DNA of 32,000 nucleotides, from assembly GCF_013177435.1 (NCBI RefSeq), contig NZ_CP053627.1:2670001-2702000 (forward strand), written 5' to 3'. This document shows positions 1-8,019 of this stretch, in pieces. The position numbers were made by a program, and so were the translations under genes. The notes below the pieces were generated by a model. The model searched no databases. It saw nothing but the letters and a program-made list of their open reading frames with translations, and had not been told where the DNA came from. The first letter of the stretch is position 1. Each line of letters starts with the position of its first letter. This DNA comes from Xylella taiwanensis (GTDB lineage Bacteria > Pseudomonadota > Gammaproteobacteria > Xanthomonadales > Xanthomonadaceae).

Positions 1-199
1 GGCTCATTAAATCAATAAAATCCAACCAACGTTCGCCATCTACACGTGCATGACGCTCCACGCCGCACCAACTTGCACACTCTAATCTTGGCGGCCGCCA
101 ACCTCAACATTGCCTGCGAAATAAAACTTGATTTTTCCCTGCATCCTTCTTTGCCTGAACACCATTCTTCAAGCTGACTCATGACCGATATTCAGTTCA

Positions 200-575
200 C
201 TACAACATGGGCCATTTAGATCTACCGACATCCATGTTCACCAAGCCAGCAGGCAAGATCCACTCACCTACCCACCAAACAACGCAGCGCCATCGACACT
301 CAGCACTTTCATGTCGATGACGGCCACACTCACACGGGAAGATATTCCTGTGGTGATCCCGATCAATCCGCCAGCGCTCATTAATATCAGCGAACGACGC
401 GCCGATCCGTGAAAGCAACACGGCTAGGTGGATCAACAGCAACATGAACTCAGTAGAGCGCACCGATTCAAATCCTGTCTCCACACCCCACTCCGGCAGT
501 TAAGCAAACGGATTCGAAGACATTCAATCAATGCTGCAAACTGACCCCGTCATCACCATCGATTTAACAACACTA
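200..575 (-). pseudogene. Decayed CheY-like receiver (REC) domain remnant just downstream of the histidine kinase (former hybrid-kinase C-terminus or cognate response regulator)
   Basis: ORF 200..484(-) reads ...GFESVRSTEFMLLLIHLAVLLSRIGASFADINERWRIDR...ESAECRWR...WILP. This lines up with the canonical receiver core G[YF]E..A..G.EAL.LL....PDVLLSDIGMPGMDGYEL.RRIR ... ES.R.R ... KP. However, the phospho-acceptor Asp position is Arg (LLSRIG) and the conserved Lys-Pro is Leu-Pro. An IDGDDG acidic-pocket-like stretch (about 545..575) sits upstream in another frame, behind stop codons. Confidence 0.4.
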
Positions 576-772
576 AGGGATAAACGCGGGTTTCCTATCG
601 ATGTTGTATAGCAACGCCTCACCCTACATGCGCCACGTACCCATTCAACAACACAAACAGCAGCAGCATTAAATAGCGAGGTTATTTCAACCTCTATGAC
701 TCACACCTGCCCGGTTCATCTTGAACAACCGGGACATGAAAGCCCTGCAATACACCCACCTTGATCACTTAC

Positions 773-2431
773 TCATTCAACCCATCGATCGCAGGTCGCA
801 GTATCGGTGACATTGACAGCGCATACGTAACGCGACAACCACACCGTGAAAGTCGCGCCCTTGCCAAGTCCCGGGCTGGTCGCACCAACATGGCCACCAT
901 GCATGTCCACCAGATTCTGCACAATCGCCAACCCCAGACCAAGCCCACCGTGGCAACGTGTCGTCGTACCGTCAGCCTGACGGAACCGGCTGAATAAGTG
1001 CGGTACAAATTCGGCAGCGATACCATCACCAGAATCAGTCACCGATACTCGAAAACAGTCACCATCCGTATGGATCTCCACATCAATGGAGCCATAGTTT
1101 GGAGTGAATTTGATCGCGTTGGACAGCAAATTTTCGAATACCTGCCGCAAACGCGTTGCATCGCCCAACACCAAGCACGGTATCTCCGGCGCTCTCAGAA
1201 GCAACGTTTGACCCTTACTCTCGGCAAGCTGCTCATGCGACCCAATCACCTCTCGGATCTGCTCCACTAAATCCAGCACCTCTACTTCCAACTGCATCTT
1301 GCCTAGGAGCATGCTGCTCAGATCTAGCATGTCCGAGATCAAACGCTTTTGAACCTTGGCGCTGCTGGCAATGACCGACAACCCTTTATAGCTGGGATGA
1401 TGCTCATCAATGCGCTGCAGCAGTAGTTCACTCCAACCCAGGATCGTCGTTAACGGGGTACGTAACTCGTGCGAGAGCGTGGACAGAAACTCATCCTTCA
1501 ACCGCGCCATATTCTCAGCTTCGTTACGCGCAGTGCGTTCGGATTTGAGCAACTGCTCACGCGCCAGCTCGATCTCGCGACGCTCGGTCACATCCGGGCT
1601 GGTCCCCGTCAGACCGATAAATTGACCATCGTGCGAGTAACGCGGCGTGGCGCTCATCTCAATCCAACGCCATTGCCCGTCGTAACGGCGTGCCCGTACC
1701 AACGTACGCAGGGCGCTCTGTTTCTTCAGTGCTGCACTCAACTTGAACTCGAATATCAGCACATCCTCCGGATGCAACACCGCATCCCAACCTGGAACCG
1801 TGCCACTGGTCAGATCGACACCGAAGAATTCTCCATAAGCCGTATTGACGAACCGCATGACGCCCTGTGCATCGAATACCCACACGGGCATCGGCAACCC
1901 ATCCGCCAGAATGTTGAAACGCAACTCGCTCTCAGCCAACCGACGTTCCATGCGCTTGTGCTCGGTGATATCCATAAACAGGACCCCCACCAACCGCTCG
2001 TCGGGTGGTCCCACCCGCATCACTTCTACCGAGTACCAACGGCGCAGCGCGCGCGCGCGCGCCTCAAAGTGCACACGCTGCCCAGTCAACGCAATCCCAG
2101 CATAACGCTCAATCCATTCCGGCTCATACTCGGGCATGATGTCGCGCAGGGATTGCCCAACCACCGAACCAAGCCGGAGATGGCGACCAAAACTGATGTT
2201 GGTCAGGCGGAATATACCGTCAACCGGATGATCGTCCTCCAGCACCACCTGCACGATGCAAAAGCCAGCGTCGAGGGTGTGCAGCATCTCCCGGTAGACA
2301 TCCGATGGAATGCCGAGTGGGTGTGAAGCAAGCGGAAGCGGTGTGTCCAAGGGAAAATCCGTACTAGGTAAAACCTGCAGTGGCGGCCATTGACTCCGGA
2401 ACTGATCTGCACCGGGCGACACACTATCCAA
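773..2431 (-). CDS. Cytoplasmic PAS-PAS sensor histidine kinase (HisKA + HATPase_c); no receiver domain in the intact ORF
   Basis: 552-aa ORF with two PAS-like segments (MLHTLDAGFCIVQV...; LADGLPMPVWVFDAQGVMRFVN...). H-box FLSTLSHELRTPLTTILGW, N-box NLLSNAIKFTP, G1 DSGDGI, G2 GGLGLGLAIV. No obvious TM segment. The ORF-track start at 2431 is a TTG, so the true start is uncertain. Confidence 0.9.
   Translation of the reverse strand: MDSVSPGADQFRSQWPPLQVLPSTDFPLDTPLPLASHPLGIPSDVYREMLHTLDAGFCIVQVVLEDDHPVDGIFRLTNISFGRHLRLGSVVGQSLRDIMPEYEPEWIERYAGIALTGQRVHFEARARALRRWYSVEVMRVGPPDERLVGVLFMDITEHKRMERRLAESELRFNILADGLPMPVWVFDAQGVMRFVNTAYGEFFGVDLTSGTVPGWDAVLHPEDVLIFEFKLSAALKKQSALRTLVRARRYDGQWRWIEMSATPRYSHDGQFIGLTGTSPDVTERREIELAREQLLKSERTARNEAENMARLKDEFLSTLSHELRTPLTTILGWSELLLQRIDEHHPSYKGLSVIASSAKVQKRLISDMLDLSSMLLGKMQLEVEVLDLVEQIREVIGSHEQLAESKGQTLLLRAPEIPCLVLGDATRLRQVFENLLSNAIKFTPNYGSIDVEIHTDGDCFRVSVTDSGDGIAAEFVPHLFSRFRQADGTTTRCHGGLGLGLAIVQNLVDMHGGHVGATSPGLGKGATFTVWLSRYVCAVNVTDTATCDRWVE
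2047..2062. repeat. (GC)8 dinucleotide tract inside the histidine-kinase coding sequence (encodes EARARAL)
   Basis: Direct reading: + strand 2047..2062 = gcgcgcgcgcgcgcgc. Shorter (GC)5-6 tracts occur near 19205 (GH92, YRARAM) and 24669 (surA, VARAQ). Confidence 0.9.
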
Positions 2432-2750
2432 GCACGCACCGTGTCGATATCAAGTCGAGAACATGATCCGATGGCCTCCAACACATGTCACACGAATCAC
2501 GCGAAATTCATAACAATTTAGATCGCTACAGCAAAGATACCCGAAAAACCCAAGCATACATATTCAACCCATGTCAATGCATCACCTCTACCTCCTCACC
2601 CTTGTCAAACCCGACACTGACAGGTCACACCCACGCCATCGTAAAAACGCCACGTCACCTAGCCAGTCAGACACCCATTTAACCTGAACAGGCAACCGCT
2701 TTGCTGTTTAACCCGGACAACAGGCTGCACCCATACGGTTCCTCCAGTCG

Positions 2751-2772
2751 CACCACCACAACCACCACCACC
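2751..2772. repeat. Imperfect trinucleotide microsatellite (CAC)3-AAC-(CAC)3 in the non-coding spacer between the kinase and the alanine racemase gene
   Basis: Direct reading: caccaccacaaccaccaccacc. On the minus strand this gives GGT/GGTGGT runs, which are Gly- or Trp-rich in every frame. Confidence 0.8.
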
Positions 2773-2964
2773 GTAGTAAAGCAACGTGATACATCAGCCA
2801 CCGATCACCACACGACGTATGCTCGCAACACAGGTGCAAAGAGAACCAACCGGCGGTATAAAGCGTCTCTCCAAAACAGTCTGAACACCATTAGAAACCC
2901 AACAGTGGTGAACGTTGCCACCAGTAACCAGCAAAATTTACAGCTGCTCCATCAGCAACAACAC

Positions 2965-4053
2965 TCAGACTGGCCCCATCTCACCCAGGTAGCACCGACG
3001 TACCCGCTTGAGCCCACACAACAACTGGTAAGCGCTCACATCACCGCGTGCCGCAAGTTCAGCCGCACTCGGCTGCACACCCCACAATTGCACTTGGCTG
3101 CCAACCTTCCCCTGCACATGATCGGTCAGATCTACGGTCAACATGTCCATCGAAACCCGGCCAACCAGCGGACAGACACGACCATCGACCAGGACCGGCG
3201 TGCCATTTGACGCAAACTGCGGGTAGCCGTCCGCATAGCCCATCGCCACCACCCCAACCCGGGTCGGGCGCTCCGTCACGAAGCATGCACTATAGCCAAC
3301 CGGCTCGCCGGCAGGCAGCTCAAGCACCGCTATAACCTTCGAATACACCATCATCACCGGACGTAATGGCCCAGTCAGTGAATTCCTCTCCTGTGGGAAA
3401 GGATTGACGCCGTACAACATCAACCCAGGCCGGGCCCAATCACTGGGCAACCCTGCCCAGCCGAGTAAACCTGATGAATTACACACACTCACTGGTGCCG
3501 CCATCCCGCGGGAAGCATGTGCAAAAACCACGGCCTGCTCGTTGGTACGGGGATTGTCCAACTCATCAGCACAAGCCAGATGAGTCATCAACACCATCTC
3601 ACCCACCTGCGGCAGACTGCAGAGGGACAGCCACGCCTCCCGGAACTCCTGCGGATCCAAGCCAAGCCGGTGCATCCCGCTATCCAACTTGAGCCACACC
3701 CCAATCGGATACGGGCTGTGGAACGCCGCCAGCACGCGCACCTGCCACGGCGAAGCAATCACCGTCCACAGCCGGTGCTCGGCAATCAGCTCCAGCTCCT
3801 CAGCCTCGAAGAAGCCTTCCAGCAACAGGATCGGTGCACGTATACCGGCTTGACGCAATTCCAACGCTTCTTCGATACACGCCACGGCAAAACCATCCGC
3901 TTCGGCCTCCAGCGCCTGCGCGCACCACACCGCACCGTGGCCATACGCATCCGCCTTCACCACGGCCAGCGCCTTGCCGCCGCCAACACGGCGAGCAAGC
4001 CGATAATTGTGCCGTAACGCATCCAAATCAATTACAGCATGAGCGGGACGCAC
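2965..4053 (-). CDS. alr: Alanine racemase (PLP-dependent); catabolic DadX-type by context, 12 nt downstream of dadA
   Basis: 362 aa. N-terminal PLP-lysine motif [15 protein letters not shown]. Typical alanine racemase length and C-terminal beta-domain (VGYSA..., [10 protein letters not shown]). Co-directional with dadA, with a 12-nt spacer. Confidence 0.93.
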   Translation of the reverse strand: MRPAHAVIDLDALRHNYRLARRVGGGKALAVVKADAYGHGAVWCAQALEAEADGFAVACIEEALELRQAGIRAPILLLEGFFEAEELELIAEHRLWTVIASPWQVRVLAAFHSPYPIGVWLKLDSGMHRLGLDPQEFREAWLSLCSLPQVGEMVLMTHLACADELDNPRTNEQAVVFAHASRGMAAPVSVCNSSGLLGWAGLPSDWARPGLMLYGVNPFPQERNSLTGPLRPVMMVYSKVIAVLELPAGEPVGYSACFVTERPTRVGVVAMGYADGYPQFASNGTPVLVDGRVCPLVGRVSMDMLTVDLTDHVQGKVGSQVQLWGVQPSAAELAARGDVSAYQLLCGLKRVRRCYLGEMGPV

Positions 4054-4065
4054 AGATATGGTCTC

Positions 4066-5340
4066 TTACGGGCGGCAAACAGTGGGTGGCAGGTAGCGGA
4101 AAATGTCTAATCCTTCACCGTCAATCCCACCGGGTCGACCACATATCAAGTCGGCCAGATAGCGACCCGAACCGGACGACATGGTCCAACCAAGGGTACC
4201 GTGGCCTGTATTAAGAAACAGACCGGCATATGGCGTGGCACCAATCACCGGCGTGCCATCCGGCGTCGCCGGGCGCAGGCCAGTCCAAAACTCACCACGC
4301 GCCAGATCACCACCACCGCAGAACAGATCCTGCACAACCATCTCCAACGTGGCGCGGCGACGCCCATTCAGCGACAAGTCGTAACCAGCCACCTCCGCCA
4401 TACCACCAATACGGATACGTTGATCGAAACGAGTGATCGCGATTTTGTAACTCTCGTCGAGCACCGTGGAGATGGGTGCACGCGACGCATCGACAATGGG
4501 CAACGTCAACGAAAACCCTTTTAACGGATACACCAGCAAGCGTAGGCCCAGGGGCACCAATAGCGGTGGCGAGTAGCTGCCGAGCGCTACCACACAGCAA
4601 TCAGCACGCTCCAGCATGCCGTCGATCCAAGCACCGACGACACGACGACCCTCCACTTCCAAGCGTTGCACCGTACAGCCGTAACGGAACTCGACACCAC
4701 GCCCAGCAGCCAATGCAGCCAACCGTTGGGTGAATAAATGGCAATCCCCCGTCTGGTCATTGGGCAAGTGCAGTGCACCCGCTAAGCCGGCACCACCATC
4801 GACCAAACCGGGCTCGAACCTGGCAATCTGGTCCGGACTGAGTATCTCGTATGGAATACCGTACTGCGCCAAGACCTCGATATCTCGAGCAGCGGCATCA
4901 AGCTGCTGCTGGGTCCGGAACAATTGCGTCGTACCCAAGCGGCGCCCCTCGAATACGATCCCGGTCTCAGCAGATAACGCATCCAAACTTTCACGGCTGT
5001 ACTCCGTGATACGCACCATACGCGACTTATTCAATGCATAGCGTTTGGCCGTGCAATGACGCAACATGTGCGCCAACCAAAGATACTGATGCCAATGGCA
5101 CGTTGGACGAATCGACAACGGCGCATGCCGCTCGAACAACCATTGAACCGCCTTTAACGGAATACCTGGCGCCGCCCAGGGCGAGGTATAACCAAATGAA
5201 AGCTGACCAGCATTGGCATAACTGGTCTCCAAACCAGAACCAGGCTGACGGTCAACCACCACAACCTCGCAACCCGCCTTGGCCAGATACCATGCACTGG
5301 TCGTACCGATGACGCCACTTCCTAGAATCAGTACACGCAT
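4066..5340 (-). CDS. dadA: D-amino acid dehydrogenase small subunit (FAD-dependent)
   Basis: 424 aa. Rossmann FAD motif [19 protein letters not shown]...VVVDR. Collinear DadA hallmarks as I recall them from E. coli DadA: [79 protein letters not shown]. Confidence 0.95.
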   Translation of the reverse strand: MRVLILGSGVIGTTSAWYLAKAGCEVVVVDRQPGSGLETSYANAGQLSFGYTSPWAAPGIPLKAVQWLFERHAPLSIRPTCHWHQYLWLAHMLRHCTAKRYALNKSRMVRITEYSRESLDALSAETGIVFEGRRLGTTQLFRTQQQLDAAARDIEVLAQYGIPYEILSPDQIARFEPGLVDGGAGLAGALHLPNDQTGDCHLFTQRLAALAAGRGVEFRYGCTVQRLEVEGRRVVGAWIDGMLERADCCVVALGSYSPPLLVPLGLRLLVYPLKGFSLTLPIVDASRAPISTVLDESYKIAITRFDQRIRIGGMAEVAGYDLSLNGRRRATLEMVVQDLFCGGGDLARGEFWTGLRPATPDGTPVIGATPYAGLFLNTGHGTLGWTMSSGSGRYLADLICGRPGGIDGEGLDIFRYLPPTVCRP

Positions 5341-5822
5341 TCAACGTCTCCGCCCAGAGTATTGCCTGCCGCTGCACATGCAAGAATCACAATCGGCGCA
5401 GTATAAGCGGCCACATATGTTTCACTGACATTCACCCCAGCATTCAAACTCACTTGCAACATCTGGAAAACATCGAACGCAAACAACACTACAGACACCG
5501 GCAGCAATCGCACCAGTGGGCACCAGTACATAACCAAGTTCAACAGCAACAGGCACCGCACATAGGATTCATTAGACACCTTCCACAATGCATCGCCGCA
5601 TGAAGTCAGAAAAAAGCCTACCTGCAAACCCACCATCACTCACATCTTCAAAGCAATGCCAACTCCTTAATTAATGCGGATGCACTACCACGTGCACATA
5701 GGTACAGCACATCGTCCGACACATCGACAACATCCTCACCCATACACAAAAACGCGACCTGATACAAAGTATCAACAACCGTATTCGCACCTTCCACCGC
5801 ATCCATGCCCTCCGAGGTTACG

Positions 5823-6290
5823 ATGAATCTTACTTTCGACTTGACCCCGCCATCCCCATCACAACGTGAGGCATTGATTGCCACACTCAACGCCGAAGAA
5901 CGCCGCATCCTCCTGCAACACGGCACAGAAGCCCCGTTCTGCAGCAAATGGCTGGACAACCAGCACCTCGGAATCTACACCTGCCGCCTGTGCGGCCTGC
6001 CGCTGTTCCACTCCGATGCCAAGTTCGCATCCGGCACCGGCTGGCCAAGTTTTTTTGAACCCTATACCCAGGCGCACATTAGCAAACGACACGACACCAG
6101 CCACGGCATGATCCGCACCGAAATCGTCTGCGCACGCTGCAATAGCCACCTTGGCCACGTCTTCCCAGACGGCCCACCACCAAGTAGCGAGCGCTATTGT
6201 CTGAATTCGGTCTCACTCACTTTCATCCCGGCCGGCACCGTGCTCCCGGACCGATTGCACCGCGGCGATAACACGGCATACCACACCTGA
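5823..6290 (+). CDS. msrB: Peptide-methionine (R)-S-oxide reductase MsrB (SelR)
   Basis: Two CxxC zinc motifs (CRLCGLPLF, CARCNSHLGHVF), GTGWPSFF, catalytic RYCLNS. The ORF opens at ATG 5805, but GAGG lies 5 nt upstream of ATG 5823, so 5823 is preferred. Confidence 0.92.
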   Translation: MNLTFDLTPPSPSQREALIATLNAEERRILLQHGTEAPFCSKWLDNQHLGIYTCRLCGLPLFHSDAKFASGTGWPSFFEPYTQAHISKRHDTSHGMIRTEIVCARCNSHLGHVFPDGPPPSSERYCLNSVSLTFIPAGTVLPDRLHRGDNTAYHT

Positions 6291-6757
6291 CGCGCGCCGC
6301 AATCTCAAAACACGTTGAAAATTGACACTCCATCGCACTTCATCCTCTCAAAGCGTGATCGGACCGATGCCTAGGGAGCAAAATAGCGGTGCGGGCCTGC
6401 ACCATCTGCACCAAAATCCAAGAGCAACGCAGCCACAACGTGCTCACATCACTCCCGCAATCTCCGCCCCGAGAAACGTCTATGGCCCGCCCTATCTCCC
6501 CAAACCACTGTCTTCCCGAACACTTCTTCAGGACAGCATCTCCGCATCTTCACCGCAACCAAAACCAAACACCGGCCACTCCCATCCCGTTATTCAAAGA
6601 CCCAGCACACCCCACTCAATCCAGTCTTCGCTGGCACCCACACCGACACCAGCCCCCGGTAAACCATCGATCAGGTGGCACCCCAATCATCAAGAACAAG
6701 TCGCACAACGGCCCTCGTCCGATCTCGGTCAGCCACCGTTTTTAAGTAAGTAAAATG

Positions 6758-6781
6758 CTGCTTAACTGCAAACATAAGCAG
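6758..6781. promoter_or_regulatory. Perfect 7-bp inverted repeat CTGCTTA-N10-TAAGCAG about 100 nt upstream of the GH18 start; candidate operator or RNA hairpin
   Basis: Direct reading: ctgcttaactgcaaacataagcag. It lies in an otherwise C/A-rich spacer, directly after an A/T-rich stretch (tttttaagtaagtaaaatg). Confidence 0.3.
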
Positions 6782-6795
6782 TGGAACTTGGCAAT

Positions 6796-6831
6796 CCGTA
6801 TACACCCTTGATTCCGTACACACCCTTGAAT
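6796..6831. repeat. Tandem 18-nt direct repeat (16/18 identical) 50-85 nt upstream of the GH18 start; candidate regulator binding site or promoter element
   Basis: ccgtatacacccttgatt (6796..6813) is followed immediately by ccgtacacacccttgaat (6814..6831). Each unit ends in a -35-like TTGAtT/TTGAaT. TTGATT (6808..6813) + 17 nt + TATTGC (6831..6836) is a weak sigma70-like arrangement. Confidence 0.5.
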
Positions 6832-6880
6832 ATTGCCAATCCCACTATCCTCCACCAAAACATGTGATGGACGCCCCCTC

Positions 6881-7936
6881 ATGACGAAACGTTCTTTAGC
6901 CCTGCTGCTAACGCTCATATTTGCTGTACCCGCTGCCGCTAAAAATCCGACCGCCCTGTTCTATCTGATGGGCACCCAGAAATCGACCAACTCTTTCCTG
7001 GCCCACGCCGACAAAATCGACACACTGGTACCCACGTGGTACAGCGTAGACCCCAAAGGACTTGTCAACGGCGCACCGAACGAACGCATCTACCGCATCG
7101 CCCAAAAAAAGAAAATCACCGTCACCCCGATTCTATCGATGTCCGGCGGCCGCAATGGTTTTCACCAACTGCTGTATGACGAAGCAGCAAAGAAACGGAT
7201 GAACGACTTTCTAGTGCATGAAAGCAAGGCACGTGGCTACAAAGGCTTCCAATTCGATTTCGAAAACATCGCCCAAGCCGACCGTAACGCCTATACGCTG
7301 ATGGTCAAACAGACCGCCGATACGCTGCATAAAGCTGGCATGACCCTATCGGTCGCTGTGGTCCCCAATGCTCCTGGCCACCCAGAAGAAGGAGGCCGCT
7401 TCGCCAAATGGATGTGGGAATACTGGCGCGGCGCATACGACCTGAAAGCTCTGGGTCAGGCCGCCGACCTGATCAGCCTGATGACCTACGACCAGCACAC
7501 CCGCTGGACCACCCCCGGCCCCGTTGACGGCATGCCGTGGATCAAAAAGCACCTGGAATATGCATTGACCCTGGTACCTAAGGAAAAATTATCCTTAGGA
7601 ATTGCCACGTATGGCTACCGCTGGTTCACCGGTGACCCCGTCAAGAAAGACGGCACCGAAGGTCCCAACATTTCGGGCGCCAACATCGACGCCGACCAAT
7701 CCTTCCCATTAGCTATCGAACAGAAAGCCATCGTGCAATGGGATCCTATAGAACAAGAATCATGGTTCTACTTTTACCGCGACAACATGCGCGAGTGGGT
7801 ATTCCGCCCGGACGCACATAGCTTCCGTGCCCGCTATGACCTAGTGAAGCAGAGCGGACTGGAAGGTTTCAGTTCCTGGGTGCTTGGCGCCGAAGACCCC
7901 AAAGTGTGGGATGAACTGCCACTCGCCACCCGCTAA
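6881..7936 (+). CDS. nixF: Exported GH18 glycoside hydrolase (chitinase-like / endo-beta-N-acetylglucosaminidase-type); positional equivalent of NixF
   Basis: Sec signal MTKRSLALLLTLIFAVPAAA starts at ATG 6881 (the ORF track opens at TTG 6833). GH18 catalytic strand YKGFQFDFENI (D-x-E retained; upstream Asp positions are K/Q). MTYDQH and YGYRW motifs are typical of GH18 barrels. The symbol is assigned by synteny only. Confidence 0.85.
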   Translation: MTKRSLALLLTLIFAVPAAAKNPTALFYLMGTQKSTNSFLAHADKIDTLVPTWYSVDPKGLVNGAPNERIYRIAQKKKITVTPILSMSGGRNGFHQLLYDEAAKKRMNDFLVHESKARGYKGFQFDFENIAQADRNAYTLMVKQTADTLHKAGMTLSVAVVPNAPGHPEEGGRFAKWMWEYWRGAYDLKALGQAADLISLMTYDQHTRWTTPGPVDGMPWIKKHLEYALTLVPKEKLSLGIATYGYRWFTGDPVKKDGTEGPNISGANIDADQSFPLAIEQKAIVQWDPIEQESWFYFYRDNMREWVFRPDAHSFRARYDLVKQSGLEGFSSWVLGAEDPKVWDELPLATR

Positions 7937-7954
7937 GCACACACCATCCCCTTG

Positions 7955-7996
7955 GCGTGCTGCCGCAGACCTGCCGCCACGCAGCGCGGCACACGC
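7955..7996 (+). other. GC-rich hairpin in the 83-nt GH18-GH20 spacer (11 bp stem with a 1-nt bulge, 19-nt loop); no U-tract
   Basis: gcgtg(c)tgccgc [agacctgccgccacgcagc] gcggcacacgc. Left arm 7955..7966, right arm 7986..7996. Followed by ccccaccccg and the AAGGAGG Shine-Dalgarno of the GH20 gene. Confidence 0.35.
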
Positions 7997-8019
7997 CCCA
8001 CCCCGAAGGAGGCGCACGG

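Noticed and set aside
449-489. tRNA-like fragment (ctcagtagagcgcacc ... gattcaaatcctgtctccacacc), resembling a D-arm plus T-loop and 3' acceptor end; possible tRNA or att-site remnant
   Set aside because: The T-stem pairs at only 3 of 5 positions. The D-loop is too short, there is no anticodon arm and no matching 5' acceptor strand. The region is better explained as part of the receiver-domain remnant on the opposite strand.
1469-2326. Long antisense or alternative-frame ORFs inside well-supported genes: 1469..2326(+) 285 aa in the kinase, 8407..9345(-) 312 aa in GH20, 11202..11969(-) 255 aa in GH2, 26376..27200(+) 274 aa in lptD, 29690..30295(-) 201 aa in ubiH/ubiF
   Set aside because: Each lies opposite or out of frame to a gene with clear family motifs. 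Their translations are low-complexity (Arg/Ala/Gly/Pro/His-rich) with no recognisable domains, which is the usual shadow-ORF artefact of GC-rich DNA.
5328-5639. 103-aa hydrophobic ORF upstream of and overlapping the dadA start; possible small membrane protein
   Set aside because: It lies on the G/T-rich strand, which automatically yields Val/Leu/Phe/Cys/Gly-rich pseudo-TM ORFs. It has no RBS and no motif, and it overlaps the dadA start codon. I kept it only as a remark in the dadA/msrB finding.
5648-5959. 103-aa minus-strand ORF considered as a possible remnant of an Lrp/AsnC regulator (GEDVVDV...YL resembles TGE.DYLL)
   Set aside because: An Lrp of normal length in this frame would need its N-terminal half to overlap the well-supported msrB gene on the opposite strand. 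The similarity is limited to a few residues.
6318-6340. AATTGACA half-site resembling the Xanthomonas NagR palindrome, together with a perfect TTGACA -35 hexamer
   Set aside because: There is no matching right half (TGTCATT) and no acceptable -10 at 16-18 nt. A single hexamer or half-site is expected by chance.
6322-6753. 143-aa and 118-aa + strand ORFs filling the msrB-GH18 spacer
   Set aside because: The sequence is Pro/Ser/Thr/His-rich and low-complexity, generated by the C/A-rich strand. The two ORFs overlap each other in different frames, and neither has an RBS or a motif. They are most likely non-coding or pseudogene debris.
7957-8019. 5' extensions of ORF-track models: GH20 from 7957, GH18 from TTG 6833, GH35 from 20297, the second hydroxylase from GTG 29878
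   Set aside because: In each case an internal ATG is followed immediately by a signal peptide or FAD motif. These ATGs are better supported by an AAGGAGG Shine-Dalgarno (GH20) and an ATGA stop/start overlap (the second hydroxylase); the extensions encode Arg/Pro-rich sequence atypical of N-termini.
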